A stretch of 64,000 nt of DNA from an uncultured virus (IMG/VR IMGVR_UViG_3300034815_000029) (lineage: Duplodnaviria > Heunggongvirae > Uroviricota > Caudoviricetes), in the IMG/VR virus record IMGVR_UViG_3300034815_000029, one strand, 5' to 3'. The notes beneath the pieces were generated by a model that made no database searches, was not told where the DNA came from, and saw only the letters and a list, made by a program, of their open reading frames with translations. How positions within the stretch are numbered: the stretch's first letter is position 1; each line of letters opens with the position of its first letter. Of this stretch, positions 61,369 to 64,000 are shown piece by piece. The translations under genes were made by a program, and so were the position numbers.

Positions 61369-61763
61369 TATTTTGCTCCGTCATTCATATATGTGGCCTG
61401 TCCATAATTTGGGCCGTCCATACCTGCTGCGCTGGATTCATCATGCTGAAACCGAATTGGGATGCCAAGCCTACCATTACCCTTCCACCCTATACCACAC
61501 TGGAAATAACGTTCTGTAAATGGGCGAATCTGAATCCCGATCCAGAATGGAAGGCGCATTTGCAGGAAGAAAACCCCATTCATGAACAGGCTGGGCGGAT
61601 CACGATAGATTAGTCGCGCCAACGTGAAACCCACATGGTCGAAGAACCCGCATTGCAGGCTCAACAGGTGGATGGAGTATCGTTCTGGTATAGCAGTGCG
61701 ATCACCGAGCCAGTCGATGATCTGCCAGAGCGTTGTAAGATTCTCGAATGGTCTGCTCATCAT
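61368..61763 (-). CDS. Conserved hypothetical protein (homolog of 6343-6735)
   Basis: Full-length similarity to the phage A gene. Confidence 0.85.
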   Translation of the reverse strand: MMSRPFENLTTLWQIIDWLGDRTAIPERYSIHLLSLQCGFFDHVGFTLARLIYRDPPSLFMNGVFFLQMRLPFWIGIQIRPFTERYFQCGIGWKGNGRLGIPIRFQHDESSAAGMDGPNYGQATYMNDGAK

Positions 61764-62830
61764 TGGTCGCCAAAGCAAACGAAATTAACATCCACAGGAT
61801 CAAAATACGCGCTGTCCGCTACGTTTCTGCAAAGAATTTGAAATGATCCTGCGGCGCGACTGGCATATATGACGAATCCGCTGTCGTGCATTGAAGCGAC
61901 AATGGTGTAATTCCCGCTAGACATATCGTCACCAAGTGTCACAGCGTAAATTCCAAGTGATGAGCGCACCACGCTGGTTATGTTGTGACCGGCTTGCAAT
62001 GTCCCAGCGCCAGTGAACATACCCCACGCCTTTGCTACACCGGGATTATGTTTTACTACGCTAGGTGTAACAACAACTGTTGCGCTAGTTGCCGCCTCCA
62101 TGTCGGCCTGAGATGCCACATTTGCAGTCAGTGCGCCCGCTGATAGCGATAGACCGGCTCCAACCGTCAATTCTTCAATAGCGCCTGTTGATGCTGTTGT
62201 CCGGCCAAGTATTCTCCCCGTTGCCTGCGTCAATCCAGACCCGGTTATTGCGCCAATGGCGGCGTACAGTGCATCGAAATAAGTCTTGAGCGTTGCCTTA
62301 ACATTTGCCCAGGTGACGTTCTTCAGCACACCGCCGACCATCACCGGCATTACGTTCGCATCGACAGGCGTTACCGCTGCGGCGGCCACAATATCCGCAT
62401 CCGTGATGACATTCCCGTCACGATCTGCAAAGGTATAGGTGCGTGCCGCCGTGTTGGTGTTAGTGAATACTGACTTGAAGGTCTTGGCCGCGTTGTAAAA
62501 ATTGTTCTTGAACTCGTACAGCAGATCCAGCAGCGAGGCGTTGACCGCGCACAACTCGATTACATCCCCAGCAACCCATGAAGCATAGGCCGTGCTGCCA
62601 TCAGCACCTCGTCCACCCGATGCGGGCGTCAGTGTGGTTCCAGCAATCGTGCCGATCTTGATGACTTCGCGCACTAGGGAAGAGTTCTTGATGACCACAT
62701 AGCACCAGTCGCCAGCGCCAAGAGTTGGCAGGTTTGAGGCGGAGGTGACGGTAAATGCGGCCTCGGTGGTGCCGGTCGGCGGTGTCGCAAGCGTCGTGGA
62801 AAAAAAGTTGCTGTGTTTGACTGCGCCCAT
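61760..62830 (-). CDS. Tail fibre protein
   Basis: C-terminal domain homologous to the phage A fibre (ASQADMEAATS...KHNPGVAKA...FGDQ). Confidence 0.78.
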   Translation of the reverse strand: MGAVKHSNFFSTTLATPPTGTTEAAFTVTSASNLPTLGAGDWCYVVIKNSSLVREVIKIGTIAGTTLTPASGGRGADGSTAYASWVAGDVIELCAVNASLLDLLYEFKNNFYNAAKTFKSVFTNTNTAARTYTFADRDGNVITDADIVAAAAVTPVDANVMPVMVGGVLKNVTWANVKATLKTYFDALYAAIGAITGSGLTQATGRILGRTTASTGAIEELTVGAGLSLSAGALTANVASQADMEAATSATVVVTPSVVKHNPGVAKAWGMFTGAGTLQAGHNITSVVRSSLGIYAVTLGDDMSSGNYTIVASMHDSGFVIYASRAAGSFQILCRNVADSAYFDPVDVNFVCFGDQ

Positions 62831-62840
62831 AACCTATCCC

Positions 62841-63485
62841 TTAGAAGTATTGCCCGCGCACGCGTAGCTTGGCGCGACCAAATCCAGTAGCGACTTTGTG
62901 CTTGGTGTTGTCGATCTCGGTATTGAAGAAAGCGAAGCACTGCGCCGCACCCGCGGGATCGGAATAGGGTTTGCCCACACTGATCTTCAGCCGATACAGC
63001 GCGCCGTTCTTGATCGCCTCCAAATACTCTTCATGGATGCGCTGCTCTATCGTTGTGGACGCGCGAGTCGGCTTGAGCGCAACCCGCATCTTCAACGCAC
63101 TGGCCAGGCTGGCAGAAGGGAATGGCACCAGCCGGATATTCGTTTCGTCGTCCTGGGTGTAATACAGCGGCGTCCCGGTTTCGTTGCGCCAGTCGCTCGA
63201 CGCATAGATGGCCTTCAGCTCGTCCGGCGTCTTGGGTGTAATCTCGATGCCGTTGTAGAACGCCTGCAGCACCTTGGCCACTACCGTTCCAGATGTCGGC
63301 ACAAAGGCATAGGTCGCCGTTGCCGCTACTGCGCTGATGGCCGGATGGTTGTAGATGTAGGCCAGTGTTTTCTGGCAAAACTCGATGGCCGCATTGCGAA
63401 TCGCATTCAGCGCGACGGCCTGCAGGCATCCCGGCACCTCGGGCAAGACCTCATCGTAAAAAGCCGTGTAGGCAACGGTCGTCAT
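62841..63485 (-). CDS. Head-tail adaptor / tail tubular A-like protein
   Basis: VPGC...AIRNAAIEFC...ALKPTR. Confidence 0.75.
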   Translation of the reverse strand: MTTVAYTAFYDEVLPEVPGCLQAVALNAIRNAAIEFCQKTLAYIYNHPAISAVAATATYAFVPTSGTVVAKVLQAFYNGIEITPKTPDELKAIYASSDWRNETGTPLYYTQDDETNIRLVPFPSASLASALKMRVALKPTRASTTIEQRIHEEYLEAIKNGALYRLKISVGKPYSDPAGAAQCFAFFNTEIDNTKHKVATGFGRAKLRVRGQYF

Positions 63486-63811
63486 ACTTGCCCCTTAACC
63501 AGATTGAAGAACAGGGCGGCACGCTCAGTCAGCACGCTCTCGTCGTTTTTCGTTTCTGCGCGCGCGGTCACGTAGTCGGCCAGCGCCGGCACAATCTCTG
63601 CATTCAGCGGGAAAGTGTCGTCCAGCGCCAGATTCTCAGTGGTTGACAGCGTGCCAAACAGCCCGAAGAACAGATCAGGGCGCTTGTTGCGCAGCAGCAG
63701 AATGCCGTCTTGGGCGAACACCAGCAGGGCCGCATCGGTGAAGCGCACCTTGTCGTCGTCGTTGATCGGGGTGCGTCCACGGTCAACGATATTTTGCATG
63801 GTGTAGCTCAT
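63482..63811 (-). CDS. Adaptor-like hypothetical protein
   Basis: RF.DA.LL...RPDLF...ALADYVTARA. Confidence 0.65.
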   Translation of the reverse strand: MSYTMQNIVDRGRTPINDDDKVRFTDAALLVFAQDGILLLRNKRPDLFFGLFGTLSTTENLALDDTFPLNAEIVPALADYVTARAETKNDESVLTERAALFFNLVKGQV

Positions 63812-64000
63812 GGCGCCCGCCCGTTCTCGAAGTCAATCAAGGTGTTCAGCCTGGTTGCGCAGGTATCGTAATATTGGCCGGCTTCGACGGCCCAAGTCGC
63901 AATGTCGGCGTCAGAGGCGGCAAGTGTTCTGGAACTTTCTGGCGTAGATTCCCCGGCGCCTCCACCTGTGGTGGTGCCGTTGGGCATGTCTCGCACCCCG
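63808..64000 (-). CDS. Rz-like spanin (5' end outside the window)
   Basis: C-terminus similar to 4379-4867 (WA.EA..Y.TCA.R.N.LIDFE.GR). Confidence 0.7.
   Translation of the reverse strand, partial: GVRDMPNGTTTGGGAGESTPESSRTLAASDADIATWAVEAGQYYDTCATRLNTLIDFENGRAP

Larger units (their letters stand above)
36007..64000. mobile_element. Phage B (partial): podovirus-like phage-plasmid
   Basis: ParA, TrfA-like Rep and iterons lie next to a giant ejected protein, tail tubular/stabilisation genes, fibre and spanin. Confidence 0.75.

Noticed and set aside
6735..62830. Diversity-generating retroelement acting on the two related fibre tips
   Set aside because: No reverse transcriptase in the window, and the differences are not adenine-specific.

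Overview
The window is entirely phage DNA, with no recognisable host genes. It appears to hold two different phages joined inside a shared gene-cassette array. Phage A (1-~35879/36006) looks like a complete ~35.9 kb lambdoid siphovirus: xis/int, attP-like region, lysis, tail, HK97-type head, lambda-type portal and terminase, O-like/DnaB replication, cI/cro/cII and an early operon. Bases 1-127 recur exactly at 35880-36006, so it can be circularised. Phage B (~36007-64000, partial) is a podovirus-like phage-plasmid with type Ib ParA partitioning, a TrfA-family initiator with iterons, and a 4.6-kaa DarB-like MTase/helicase/LPD38 virion protein. Main discovery: 13 integron-type attC sites delimit 13 gene cassettes in three places (126-1047, 22762-23575, 33390-38286). 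In every cassette the two core sites are exact reverse complements, the signature expected of integrated cassette circles. Every cassette ORF is antisense to its attC, the opposite of canonical integrons, and co-oriented with phage transcription. All three arrays start at the same TTTAAG|TT site. The cargo is enriched in DNA-modification and anti-restriction genes, and no intI is visible. Product calls come from motif recognition and gene order only; no database searches were run.
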